Shown: positions 11,832 to 24,240 of the stretch, piece by piece
Layout of the letters: the number at the start of each line of letters is the position of its first letter
Position numbering within the stretch: the first letter of the stretch is position 1
DNA from: Ranitomeya imitator
Taxonomy: Eukaryota
Direction of reading: 5' to 3'
Assembly: GCF_032444005.1 (NCBI RefSeq)
Contig: NC_091286.1
Coordinates: forward strand, 87,296,001-87,360,000
DNA length: 64,000 bases
Notes under the pieces: generated by a model
The model's database searches: none
Seen by the model: only the letters and a program-made list of their open reading frames with translations
Told to the model about the DNA's origin: nothing
Translations under genes and position numbers: made by a program

Positions 11832-12636
11832 TGTTATGACCTGGTGGTCAGGACAATAATGGACCTGGTGGTTAAGAGCACACGGAATGACCTGATAGTT
11901 ACTGATAATAAGGACGAGCTCTGGGACGTGGGAACTCTGCTGACCGCAATCCCTAATCCTATCAAACACACTAGAAATAGCCGTGGATTGTGCCGAACGC
12001 TCCTAATGCAACTCGGCACAGCCTAAGAAACTAGCTAGCCCTGAAGATAGAAAAATAAAGCCTACCTTGCCTCAGAGAAATTCCCCAAAGGAAAAGGCAG
12101 CCCCCCACATATAATGACTGTGAGTAAAGATGAAAATACAAACACAGAGATGAAATAGATTTAGCAAAGTGAGGCCCGACTAACTGAACAGACCGAGGAT
12201 AGGAAAGGTTGCCTTGCGGTCAGCACAAAAACCTTCAAAAAGACCATGCAGAGGGCGCAAAAAGACCCTCCGCACCGACTCACGGTGAGGAGGCGCTCCC
12301 TCTGCGTCCCAGAGCTTCCAGCAAGCAAGACAACAATAAAATAGCAAGTTGGACAGAAAAATAGTAAACCAAAGAAATACAAGCTGTAACTTAGCTTCTG
12401 CTGGGAAGACAGGTCACAAGAACGATCCAGGAGGAAACTAGACCAATACTGGAACATTGACAGGTGGCCTGGAGCAAAGATCTAAGTGGAGTTAAATAGA
12501 GCAGCCAGCTAATGAATTAACCTCGTCACCTGAGGAAGGAAACTCAGAAACACCCATCAGAGGAAGTCCATGGACAGAACCAGCCGAAGTACCATTCATG
12601 ACCACAGGAGGGAGCCCGACAACAGAATTCACAACA
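11832..12636. mobile_element. Solo LTR inserted in the Gypsy integrase remnant
   Basis: TGTTATG...CACAACA termini, flanked by ATTATG on both sides. Removing it restores the host frame QLKLPPVMQVHNVFH. Confidence 0.8.
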
Positions 12637-13114
12637 ATTATGTACCTGCATTACTGGGGGTAACTTCAACTGAAAGGTCCCAGGGCTGAGAATGGCTGAC
12701 TCCCAAGTTGGCCCAATCACCCTAGAACTCCAGGTCCCAGATGTGTACTTCCACTTGATGTTTTTAGTGGATTCCCACAAGTACTCATTCACACACAGGT
12801 CCAGACCTGAACATTTATTTCCATGCATACATTTACCAACAGATGGTAATCTCCTTGAGGAAAAGACAACAGAGGCGTCCCCCCATGTCACCAAAGTCAT
12901 ACCCTCACTATATTCAGTGAAAACCACTACTCTCCCTTGATCCCTCTGCCTGAGTGGAAGCCAAGACTCAGGATTTACTTCTGGTGAGGGTTGAATCTTA
13001 CCCCTATTCCCTGTTAGCACCTTAGCTGCCTCCACCAGAGAAGAAGGGGTAGATTCAAGTAGAATGGCAGAGACCATAGCTCCCAGGCAACAGTCTTTAC
13101 AAGACTGGTCCCAA

Positions 13115-14390
13115 CTAACTACTTCCCCGGAACGCCAACTTTGACCGGATTGTGTCCTTCAGCCAGGGATGGCCTAAGACTGTGGGAGTTGGCAATTCCT
13201 CCAAGACGTAGCATGACAGGGACTCTTCATGAAGAGTTCCTATATGCAGGTTAATATTGTCTACGACTTGGGTCAGACTCCTCTGGCTGAGAGGGGCAGA
13301 GTCAATTGCATGAAAGGAAATGAGTCTCGCCAGCATCCTACCAATCAGACCATGAGTTTGAACAAAGCGAGAATCCACCAAATTGATCCCAGCTCCACTA
13401 TCCACAAGAAACGGTGCAGTCTCAGTCTCCCCACCAACCACCACTTCAGCAGAAATGGAAAACTGAGACATGAAGGTGGAGGAAATGAACACACCCTGAT
13501 TGCCTCCCTGCATACGACCCAGGGAACGTGGCTTTGGTGATGAAGTACCAATTTTGGCAGGAGATGGGCAGACATTGATGTAATGATCCATAAGAGCACA
13601 GTAGAAACATGCCCCCATCCCATGGAAAACAGCAGGCAACCTAGTTTGAGAAGAGACTCCTCCCACCTGCATAGGTTCATCTGTCTGCACCAGTAGGTCG
13701 TCCTCCTCCCTAGTAAGAACAGCAGAGGGTAGATTTGGTATATGCCTCTCCCTGAAGCGTTCATCCACACAGAAAGCAAGGGCTAAGGTGGCCTTCAATG
13801 ACCCGGGAGTAGCATACTGCACCATAGTATCCTGAAGCTAAGCTGACAGAACCTGATAAAAATAGCTCCTAAGAGCAGGGTCATTCCACTGAATGTCAGT
13901 GGCCCATCTCTGAAACTCTGATCAGTACTCTTCTGCCAGTCAGCCTCCCTGCTTGATCTTACAGAGTCGAGACTCAGCCAGGGAGACGCCATCAGGATCC
14001 CCATACACCAGCGCCAATGCCACAATAAACTCATCCACCGATCACAAAGCTGGTGAATCGGTCAGGAGGGAGGAGGCCCAGGCTTGGGAATCATCCTTGA
14101 GAATTGAGAAGAGAGACTATAATCCCCACATGCTGTTCTTCACTCCAATAGGAACGAGAGATTAGCCTGAAATATAATTAACAGCCTTCTTTGAAAACAA
14201 TAAATGTATCTCTCCCTCCAGAGAACCTGTCAGGGAGAGATATTTTGGGTTATGTTTGAGCCTGGACATGAGCTGAGACCAAAAACCCCGACACCTGCTG
14301 AAGCTGCTGACCACCTGAGACCACAGCTCCATTAACTCATCCATGAGGGTCTGGATCAGGAGAGCAAAAGCCTCCGATTGAGCCATAGGT
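13115..14390 (-). pseudogene. Gypsy gag-protease remnant
   Basis: Zinc knuckle CFYCALMDHYINVCP, aspartic protease motif FLVDSGAGINLVD and a gag start with CRGF motif. RT, RNase H and most of the integrase are deleted. Confidence 0.85.
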
Positions 14391-15203
14391 TCAAAAGAAG
14401 AATGGTTATGTTGTAATAATGTCATGCTCAGGATGGAAAAGTCCGGCAGATGGCACAACACACTCACAATGGGATAGAAAAAGGGAGAGGAAGACAATAA
14501 CAGTAGGGAGCGAGGGATGGGGCACCTCCTCACAACATCCCGTGCCTATCCCTAAGCTGCTACCCTAAGTCTCTATGTGGTTCTTTCCCCCCGCCGCCGT
14601 TAAATGCCTAGTCCCTAGCTGTCACCTCAATATACCCTGGCTAGTGCACTGGGCAGCAAGGACGCTAGCCTCACCACTGCAGATGGTATCAACACAGGGG
14701 GTTGACAAGCACAAGACAGAAAATGAAAGGAACAAAGAAACTTAGCTCCAGCCTCTGTTGCAAAACTCCATACAGCAGAGGATATGGAACCAGGACCCAG
14801 AACTCCACCGTAGCAGCAGACACACTACTAGCACAAGAGAGCTCCAAACTCCTAGGCTGGTCTTCAGAGACAAACTCTATTACCAACAGTCAACTGATGC
14901 ATCATGTGACTATTTAAAGGATGATGGGAGTTGTCATCACCCACATAAGCTAACCAGCAACAAAGCAGCTGCCAGCAAGGAAACTGACAGTAACCCTTAC
15001 TGGCCCAAAAGTAAAAACAATGTTTAAAGTAAAGCAGAACCAGAGCTGTCATGACTAGGGTTGAGCGAAACGGGTCGTTCATTTTCAAAAGTCGCCGACT
15101 TTTGGCAAAGTCCCGATCCGACCCCTGTGCGTTGTCGGCCATGCGGTACGCGACTTTCGCGCCAAAGTCGCGTTTCAATGACGCGAAAAGCGCCATTTCT
15201 CAG

Positions 15204-15348
15204 CCAATGAAGGTAAATGCAGAGTGTGGGCAGCGTGATGACATAGGTCCTGGTCCCCACCATCTTAGAGAAGGGCATTGCAGTGATTGGCTTGCTGTCT
15301 GCGGCGTCACAGGGGCTATAAAGGGGCGTTCCCGCCAACCGCCATCTT
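15204..15348 (+). promoter_or_regulatory. Putative Pol II promoter of the hAT (CCAAT, inverted CCAAT, TATA, YY1)
   Basis: CCAAT at 15204, ATTGG at 15286, TATAAA at 15317 and CCGCCATCTT at 15339, oriented toward the transposase. Conserved in copy 2 (48979-49123). Confidence 0.6.
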
Positions 15349-15829
15349 ACTGCTGCTGATCTGAGCTTAGGGAGAGGTTGCTGCCGCTTCGTCAGAAGCA
15401 GGGAGAGCGTTAGGCAGGGTCCATTAACCACCAAACCGCTTGTGCTGCAGCGATTTCCACTGTCCAACACCACCTTCGGTGTGCAGGGACAGTGGAAGCT
15501 ACATTTTTTTTTTTTTCCTCAGCGCTGTAGCTCATTGGGCTGCCCTAGAAGGCTCCCTGATAGCTGCATTGCTGTGTGTACGCCGCTGTGCAAACCAACT
15601 GCTTTTTTCAAAGCACAAATCCTCTTGTTCCTTCCTTTCTGCACAGCTATCTTGTTTGTTTGTCCACACTTTTTATTTAATTTGTGCATCAGTCCACTCC
15701 TTATTGCTGCCTGCCATACCTGGCTGAGATTACTGCAGGGAGATAGTAATTGAAGGACAGTTCCTTTTTTTTTTTTTTGTGGGAAATTAAGATTGGCATT
15801 TCTGCTAGAGTGCCATCCCTGTCTGTGCC

Positions 15830-16620
15830 ATCTCTCACTCAGTGGGCCATAGAAAGCCTATTTATTTTTTTGCTTGATTTGGGTTCTAAAATCTACCTGA
15901 AAAAATCACTACATCAATCAGTGGGAGAAAAATATTGGCCTCAGGGCTTGTGTGCCACTCCTGACTCCTGTGTGCGTCATCTCTCACTCAGTGGGCCATA
16001 GAAAGCCTATTTTTTGTTTTATTTGTTTTCTAAATTCTCCCTGAAAAAATCGTTTTATTTTATTTGGTTTCTAAATTCTTCCTGAAAAAATCATTTTTTT
16101 TTATTATTTTTTTTTTCTAAAGTCTCCCTGAAAAAAAACAACAAAAAAACCAATTCAGTGGGAGATTAATATTGCCCTTTCTGCTTGTGTGCCAGTCTTG
16201 ACTCCTGGGTGTGCCATCTCTCTCTCTCTCTCCAATTGTGGGCCATAGAAAGCCTATTATTTTTTTTGCTTGATTTGGGTTCCAAAATCTACCTGAACAA
16301 ATCACTACATCAATCATTGGGAGAACAATATTGGCCTCTGGGCTTGTGTGCCACTCCTGACTCCTGTGTGCGTCATCTCTCACTCAGTGGGCCATAGAAA
16401 GCCTATTTTTTGTTTTATTTGTTTTCTAAATTCTCCCTGAAGAAATCATTTTATTTTATTTGGTTTCTAAATTCTTCCTTAAAAAATCATTTTATTCTAT
16501 TATTTTTTTTTCTAAAGTCTCCCTGAAAAAAAAAAAAAAAAAAATCAGTGGGAGATTAATATTTACATTTGTGCTTCAGTGACAGTCCTGCGTGTGTGGC
16601 ATCTCTCTCATTTGTTGCCA
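15830..16620 (+). repeat. ~149-bp degenerate tandem repeats in the hAT 5' region
   Basis: CTCTCACTCAGTGGGCCATAGAAAGCCTA recurs. The array is longer in copy 2 (49610-50960). Confidence 0.8.
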
Positions 16621-16770
16621 CCAAAAACAGAGTGTGTAACATTGTGCCTGATTTTCCTTGTGGTCTCACCCACCTGTAAAGGGGTAGCTAAATCATACTG
16701 AAGTTATAGCTCACCGTGTAAGTTGTGTGACAGCAACAAATACTGTTAGTTTGGTTACGTTTTTAAAACA

Positions 16771-19700
16771 ATGAGGAAGTCTGGTGGAAGAGGTCGTGGC
16801 CGGGGGCGTTCATTGTCAGCTGGTAATGAGGGTATTGGTAGTGGTGGAGCATCAGGTGGTCGTGGGAAAAAAAATATTGCACCTAAGTCTGGAGCTGTGG
16901 AGCCAGGTTCGTCGTCTGGCTACACAAGGCCTCGAACGCTCCCTTTTCTGGGAGTAGGAAAACCGCTTTTAAAGCCGGAGCAGCAAGAGCAAGTTTTGGC
17001 TTATCTTGCTGACTCAGCCTCTAGCTCTTTTGCCTCCTCTCATGAAACTGGTAAATGTAAAAGCAGCGCGTCGTTAGTGGATGTTCATGGTCAGGGACAA
17101 GTCGCTTCCTTGTCCTCTTCAGCAAAAACGACAACAGAGAAGAATGCAGCAGGCGACACAACGGGTTACTCCATGGAGCTCTTTACACATACCGTCCCTG
17201 GCTTAGAAAGTGAAGCAGTTAACAGTCCATGCCCATTACAAGTTGAATCTGACATGGAGTGCACTGATGCACAGCCACAGCCAGACTACTATGCTGGTCC
17301 TTTGACTCAGACCACAACATTGCCCTCGCAGGGTAATGATCAAGAATCAGACCTGATGAGACTATGTTGCCCCATCACGAATGCTATACCACCGACCGAC
17401 ACGGTGACACAGACGAAGTTGCATACGAGCTACAAGAAGAGGTAATAGATGACCCAGTTGTTGACCCCGATTGGCAGCCATTGGGGGAACAGGGTGCAGG
17501 CGGCAGCAGTTCTGAAGCGGAGGAGGAGGGGCCGCAGCAGGCATCAACATCGCAACAGGTTCCATCTGCCGGGCCCGTATCTTGCCCAAAACGCGTGGCA
17601 AAGCCAAAACCTGTTGGAGGTCAGCGTGGCCATCCGGTTAAAGCTCAGTCTGCAATGTCTGAAAAGGTATCCGATGCTAGAAAGAGTGCAGTCTGGCATT
17701 TTTTTAAACAACATCCAATTGATCAGCGCAAAGTCATCTGTCAAAAATGTTCAACTACCTTAAGCAGAGGGCAGAATCTGAAAAGTCTCAATACAAGTTG
17801 CATGCATAGACATTTAACCACCATGCATTTGCAAGCTTGGACTAACTACCAAACGTCCCTTAAGGTTGTAGCACCCTCGGCCAATGAAGCTAGTCATCAA
17901 CGCAACATCCCTTCCGGCAGTGTAGGGCCACCATTTTCTGCACCACCTGCCGTATCTGTGCAGGTTTCTTTGCCAGGCCAAAGCAGTCAGGGTCAGGGAA
18001 TCACCAGTTTCGTAGTAGGAAACACTGCATCTAGGGCACCGGCGGCAACAATACCATCTCCCACCGTCTCTCAGTCTGCCATGTCCACCGGCATCCCCGC
18101 TAGTTCCACGATCTCCAGCTCTCCAGTCCAGCTCACCCTACATGAGACTATGGTTAGAAAAAGGAAGTACTTAGCCTCGCATCCGCGTACACAGGGTTTG
18201 AACGCCCACATAGCTAGACTAATCTCGTTAGAGATGATGCCCTACCGGTTAGTTGAAAGCGAAGCTTTCAAAGCCCTGATGGACTACGCTGTACCACGTT
18301 ACGAGCTACCCAGTCGACACTTTTTTTCCAGAAAAGCCATCCCAGCCCTCCACCAGCATGTTAAAGAGTGCATCGTCCATGCACTCAGGCAATCTGTGAG
18401 CACAAAGGTGCAACTGACAACAGATGCATGGACCAGTAGGCATGGCCAGGGACGTTACGTGTCCATCACGGCACACTGGGTGAATGTTGTGGATGCAGGG
18501 TCCACAGGGGACAGCAAGTTTGGGACAGTTCTGCCTAGCCCACGGTCTAGGAAACAGTTGGCTGTAGCCGTTCGCACCCCCTCCTCCTCCTCCTCGTCCT
18601 CCTGCAGAAGCGAGAGCTCGTCCACAGACCGCAGTCGCACAACCACTCCATCCGCAGCTGCCACTGTTGCACACCAGGTCTCCCATTATGGGGCAGCTAC
18701 TGGCAAACGTCAGCAGGCTGTATTGGCTATGAAGTGTTTGGGCGACAACAGACACACCGCGGAAGTTCTGTCCGAGTTCTTGCAGAAAGAAACGCAGTCG
18801 TTGCTGGGCACTGTAGATCTTGAGGCAGGCAAGGTAGTGAGTGATAACGGAAGGAATTTCATGGCTGCCATCTCCCTTTCCCAACTGAAACACATTCCTT
18901 GCCTGGCTCACACCTTAAACCTGGTGGTGCAGTGCTTCCTGAAAAGTTATCCGGGGTTATCCGACCTGCTCCTCAAAGTGCGTGGACTTTGCTCACATAT
19001 CCGCCGTTCGCCCGTACACTCCAGCCGTATGCAGACCTATCAGCGTTCTTTGAACCTTCCCCAGCATCGCCTAATCATAGACGTTGCAACAAGGTGGAAC
19101 TCAACACTGCACATGCTTCAGAGACTGTGCGAACAGAGGCGGGCTGTTATGTTTTTGTGGGAGGATACACATACACGGGCAGGCAGTAGGATGGCAGACA
19201 TGGAGTTGTCAGGTGTGCAGTGGTCGAAGATTCAAGACATGTGTCAAGTCCTTCAGTGTTTTGAGGAATGCACACGGCTGGTTAGTGCAGACAACGCCAT
19301 AATAAGCATGATCAACCCCCTAATGCGTCTGCTGATGCAAAGTTTGACGCACATAAAGGATCAGGCGTCTGCAGCTGAGGAAGAGGAAAGCCTTGATGAC
19401 AGTCAGCCATTGTCTGGCCAGGGCAGTGTACAGGACGAGGTAGCGGGCGAACAGGAGGAGGAGGACGAGGAGGATGATGGGGATGATTATATTTTTAATG
19501 AGGAAGCTTTTCCGGGGCCACTGGAAATTGGTGGCGCGGCAAGGCCGGGTTCTGGTTTTTTGAGGGACACAAGTGACGTGGATTTGCCTGAAACTGCCCC
19601 TCAACCAAGCACAACCGCAGATTTGAGAACAGGAACTTTGGCCCACATGGCGGATTATGCCTTACGTATCCTCAAAAGGGACACACGCATTACTAAAATG

Positions 19701-20339
19701 ATGAACGATGACGATTACTGGTTGGCCTGCCTCCTTGATCCTCGCTATAAAGGCAAATTGCAAAATATAATGCCACATGAGAACTTGGAACTAATATTAG
19801 CAACCAAACAATCAACTCTTGTTGACCGTTTGCTTCTGGCATTCCCTGCACACAGCGCCCATGATCGTTCTCACACGAGCTGCAGGGGCCAGCAAATCAG
19901 AGGTGTTAGAGGGGCAGAAATCAGAAGTGCCATTGGCCAGAGGGGTTTTCTGACCAGGTTGTGGAGTGATTTTGCTATGACCGCAGACAGGACAGGTACT
20001 GCAGCATCAATTCAAAGTGACAGGAGACAACATTTGTCCAGTATGGTTACAAACTATTTTTCATCCCTTATCGACGTTCTCCCTCAACCGTCATTCCCAT
20101 TTGATTACTGGGCATCCAAATTAGACACCTGGCCAGAATTGGCAGAATATGCATTGCAGGAGCTTGCTTGCCCGGCAGCTAGTGTCCTATCAGAAAGAGT
20201 ATTCTGTGCTGCAGGTTCAATACTAACAGAAAAAAGGACTCGTCTGGCTACCCAAAATGTAGATGATCTAACCTTCATTAAAATGAACCACAACTGGATT
20301 TCGAAATCTTTTGCCCCACCTTGCCCGGCTGACACCTAG
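16771..20339 (+). pseudogene. hAT transposase (BED finger, DDE, dimerisation domain) with a single -1 frameshift at ~17352
   Basis: BED finger SAVWHFF..CQKC..HRHLTTMH; TTDAWTS, VVSDNGRN, CLAHTLNLVV, TRWNSTLHML and CPAASVLSERVF motifs. ORFs 16771-17445 and 17364-20339 join if the C present in copy 2 is restored. Confidence 0.95.
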
Positions 20340-20806
20340 CTTTCCTATGAAAAGGTCTTGCCTGTGGACTATTCTGAATGACTTTTCCAATATCGTAATT
20401 TTCTGCACCTGATTGTCCAGCATACGACATGTTTACACCTCACTAAATGGCCAAACTCCTCACACGGGGCCGTGGTATCGCCACTTGGCGCCAGCACCCG
20501 TGAGAGTGCTGTTTGTCTAAAGAGGTGGGTGTGCCCGCTTTTGGTCGACGGCACTGCCACTGGGTCCCTCATAGTACAATAAAGTGTCTCTGGCGGTGGT
20601 GGTGCGCACCCAACATCAGACACACCGTTGTAATATGAGGGGCCCTGGGCCTGTACCGCCGGCCACAAGACAGTTCCCCCCCCCAGCTCAAACAGTGCTC
20701 TACCACTTGCAAAATTATCTCTCACAGCTCCACCAATGTTTAGTCTATGCGCTGACATCCTTCAATGCCTGGCACTGTCAATACCATTGTATTGACATTT
20801 TTCTTA

Positions 20807-21770
20807 TGTTAGGCCTTCGAAGCCTGTCTGCGGTCACTCCTTCCACTAGGCCTCCACTGACCATTGTACTGCTGCCCGTGTACCCCTGGAACCAATTTTA
20901 AATTGCCAACAGCCCTATTTTTTTATGTTAGGCCTTTGAAGCCTGTCTGCGGTCCCTCCTTCCACTAGGCCTCCACTGACCACACCACTGCTGCCCGTGT
21001 ACCCACGGAACCAATTTAAAATTGCCTACAGCCATGTGTTATTATGTTAGGCCTTCGATGCCTGTCTGCGGTCACTCCTTCCACTAGGCCTCCACTGACC
21101 TCACCACTGCTGCCCGTGTACCCCTGGAACCAATTTAAATTTGCCTACAGCCAGCCCAATTTTTTTATTTTAGGCCTTTGATGCCTGTCTGCGGTCCGTT
21201 CTTTCTACTACTACTACACTGACCAGGCCACTGCTGCCCGTGTTCCCCTGGAACCAATTTAAAATTGCCAACAGCAATGTGTTATTATGTTAGGCCTTCG
21301 ATGCCTGTCTGCGGTCACTCCTTCCACTAGGCCTCCACTGACCACACCACTGCTGCCCGTGTACCCCTGGAACCAATTTAAAATTGCCTACAGCCAGCCC
21401 AATTTTTTTATTTTAGGCCTTCGATGCCTGTCTGAGGTCCGTTCTTTCTACTACTACTACACTGACCAGGCCACTGCTGCCCGTGTTCCCCTGGAACCAA
21501 TTTAAAATTGCCAACAGCAATGTGTTATTATGTTAGGCCTTCGATGCCTGTTTGTGGTCACTCCTTCCACTAGGCCTCCACTGACCACACCACTGCTGCC
21601 CGTGTACCCACGGAACCAATTTTAAATTGCCTACAGCCATCTGTTATTATGTTAGGCCTTCGAAGCGTGTCTGCGGTCCTTCCTTCCAATAGTTCTCCAC
21701 TGACCAGACCAATGCTGGCCGTGTACCCCTGGAACCCAGCTGAAAGTGCATGTAGCCTCCTTTTTTTCTT
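20807..21770 (+). repeat. 119-123-bp tandem array with A/B variants (243-bp dimer), degenerating to ~22400
   Basis: (TG/TT)TTAGGCC unit starts at 20807, 20926, 21045, 21168, 21288, 21411, 21531 and 21650. Confidence 0.9.
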
Positions 21771-22579
21771 TGTTTTATATTTAGAAAGCCCAGATGAACT
21801 ACGCTGTGCAACGGTTCAAGCTACCCAGTCGACATTTCTTTTGCGAGAAAAGCCATCCCAGCCCTCCACCGGCATGAAAAAGTCTGCATTGTCATAGCAC
21901 TCAGGCAATCAAACAGTAGAAAGGTGCACCTGACAAGAGACGCATGGACCAGTAGGCATGTCCACAAAAAGTTACGTGTCCATTACGGCGCACTGGGTTA
22001 ATGTGTTGGATGCATGGTCCACAGGGGACAGCCTACAAAGTCTGTCTGCAGTCCCTAATTCCAATTTTCCTCCGCTGACCACACCACTGCTGCCCGTGTA
22101 CCCCTGGAACCAATTTTACAGTGTCTACAGCCTAATTTTGTTATGTTACGCCTACTACGCCTGTCTGCGGTCCCTCCTTCCAATACATGTCCACTGACCA
22201 CACCACTGCTGCCCGTGGACCCCTGGAACCTATTTTTAATTGCATAGAGCATCCTTTTTTTAATAGTAGGCGTACAAAGTCTGTCTGCGGTCCACTATTT
22301 AAATTGTCCTCCACTGCCCAGAGCACTGCTGCTTGTGTACCCCTGTAACTTTTTTAAGCTGCAGTGAGCCACATTTTTGGTTTAAGTCCTACTACCTGTG
22401 TCTGTCTGCGCCACTCAATTCAGCTGTGTTCCTTTGAAAAAAGCTGAGCATCAATAGTCTTGTTTTCAGCCTCTAGGAATTTTAAAACTGCATTGGGGGT
22501 ACAACTTTGGTAGGGCCTACTAACGGTGTCTGCCTCCCCAAGGTGTGCCCCAGGTTTCCTCGCCATTGCTTCGATCTTA

Positions 22580-24240
22580 ATGCTCTCGTTTAGTAGTTGT
22601 TGGAAACTACACTGCATTAGGCCTACAAATTGGGTATGGGGTGTAGAGAGATGGTGTGTTCCACTCCAAGGTGTTCCCCAGGTTTCCTCTCCATTGCTTT
22701 GATCTTCATGCTCTCGTTTAGTAGTTGTTGGAAACTACACTGCATTAGGCCTACAAATTGGGTATGGGGTGTAGAGAGATGGTGTGTTCCACTCCAAGGT
22801 GTTCTCCAGGTTGCCTTTCCTGAGCTTCGATCTTCCGACTCTCGTTTAGTAGTTGTTGGAAACTACGCTGCATTAGGCCTACAAATTGGGTATGGGGTGT
22901 AGAGAGATGGTGTGTTCCACTCCAAGGTGTTCCCCAGGTTGCCTTTCCTGAGCTTCGATCTTCCGGCTCTCGTTTAGTAGTTGTTGGAAACTACATTGCA
23001 TTAGGCCTACAAATTGGGTATGGGGTGTAGAGAGATGGTGTGTTCCACTCCAAGGTGTTCTCCAGGTTGCCTTTCCTGAGCTTCGATCTTCCGGCTCTCG
23101 TTTAGTAGTTGTTGGAAACTACGCTGCATTAGGCCTACAAATTGGGTATGGGGTGTAGAGAGATGGTGTGTTCCACTCCAAGGTGTTCTCCAGGTTGCCT
23201 TTCCTGAGCTTCGATCTTCCGGCTCTCGTTTAGTAGTTGTTGGAAACTACGCTGCATTAGGCCTACAAATTGGGTATGGGGTGTAGAGAGATGGTGTGTT
23301 CCACTCCAAGGTGTTCTCCAGGTTGCCTTTCCTGAGCTTCGATCTTCCGGCTCTCGTTTAGTAGTTGTTGGAAACTACCCTGCATTAGGCCTACAAATTG
23401 GGTATGGGGTGTAGAGAGATGGTGTGTTCCACTCCAAGGTGTTCTCCAGGTTGCCTTTCCTGAGCTTCGATCTTCCGGCTCTCGTTTAGTAGTTGTTGGA
23501 AACTACGCTACATTAGGCCTACAAATTGGGTATGGGGTGTAGAGAGATGGTGTGTTCCACTCCAAGGTGTTCTCCAGGTTGCCTTTCCTGAGCTTCGATC
23601 TTCCAGCTCTCGTTTAGTAGTTGTTGGAAACTACGCTGCATTAGGCCTACAAATTGGGTATGGGGTGTAGAGAGATGGTGTGTTCCACTCCAAGGTGTTC
23701 TCCAGGTTGCCTTTCCTGAGCTTCGATCTTCCGGCTCTCGTTTAGTAGTTGTTGGAAACTACACTGCATTAGGCCTACAAATTGGGTATGGGGTGTAGAG
23801 ACGGTGTGTTCCACTCCAAGGTGTTCCCCAGGTTTCCTCTCCATTGCTTCAATCTTAATGCTCTCGTTTAGTAGTTGTTGGAAACTACACTGCATTAGGC
23901 CTACAAATTGGGTATGGGGTGTAGAGAGACGGTGTGTTACACTCCAAGGTGTTCCCCAGGTTTCGTCCACATTGCTTCAATCTTCCTACTCTCGTTTAGT
24001 AGTTGGTGAAAACTACACTGCATATGGCCTACAAATTGGGTATGGGGTGTAGAGACGGTGTGTTCAACTCCAAGGTGTTCCCCAGGTTTCCTCTCCATTG
24101 CTTCAATCTTAATGCTCTCGTTTAGTAGTTGTTGGAAACTACACTGCATTAGGCCTACAAATTGGGTGTGGGGTGTGGAGACGGTGTCTTCCACTCCAAG
24201 GTGTTCTCCAGGTTGCCTTTCCTGAGCTTCTATCTTCAGG
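22580..24240 (+). repeat. 128-bp satellite-like array (~13 units) inside hAT copy 1
   Basis: GCCTACAAATTGGG recurs at 22621, 22749, 22877 and onward with period 128. Central units are near-identical. Confidence 0.95.
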
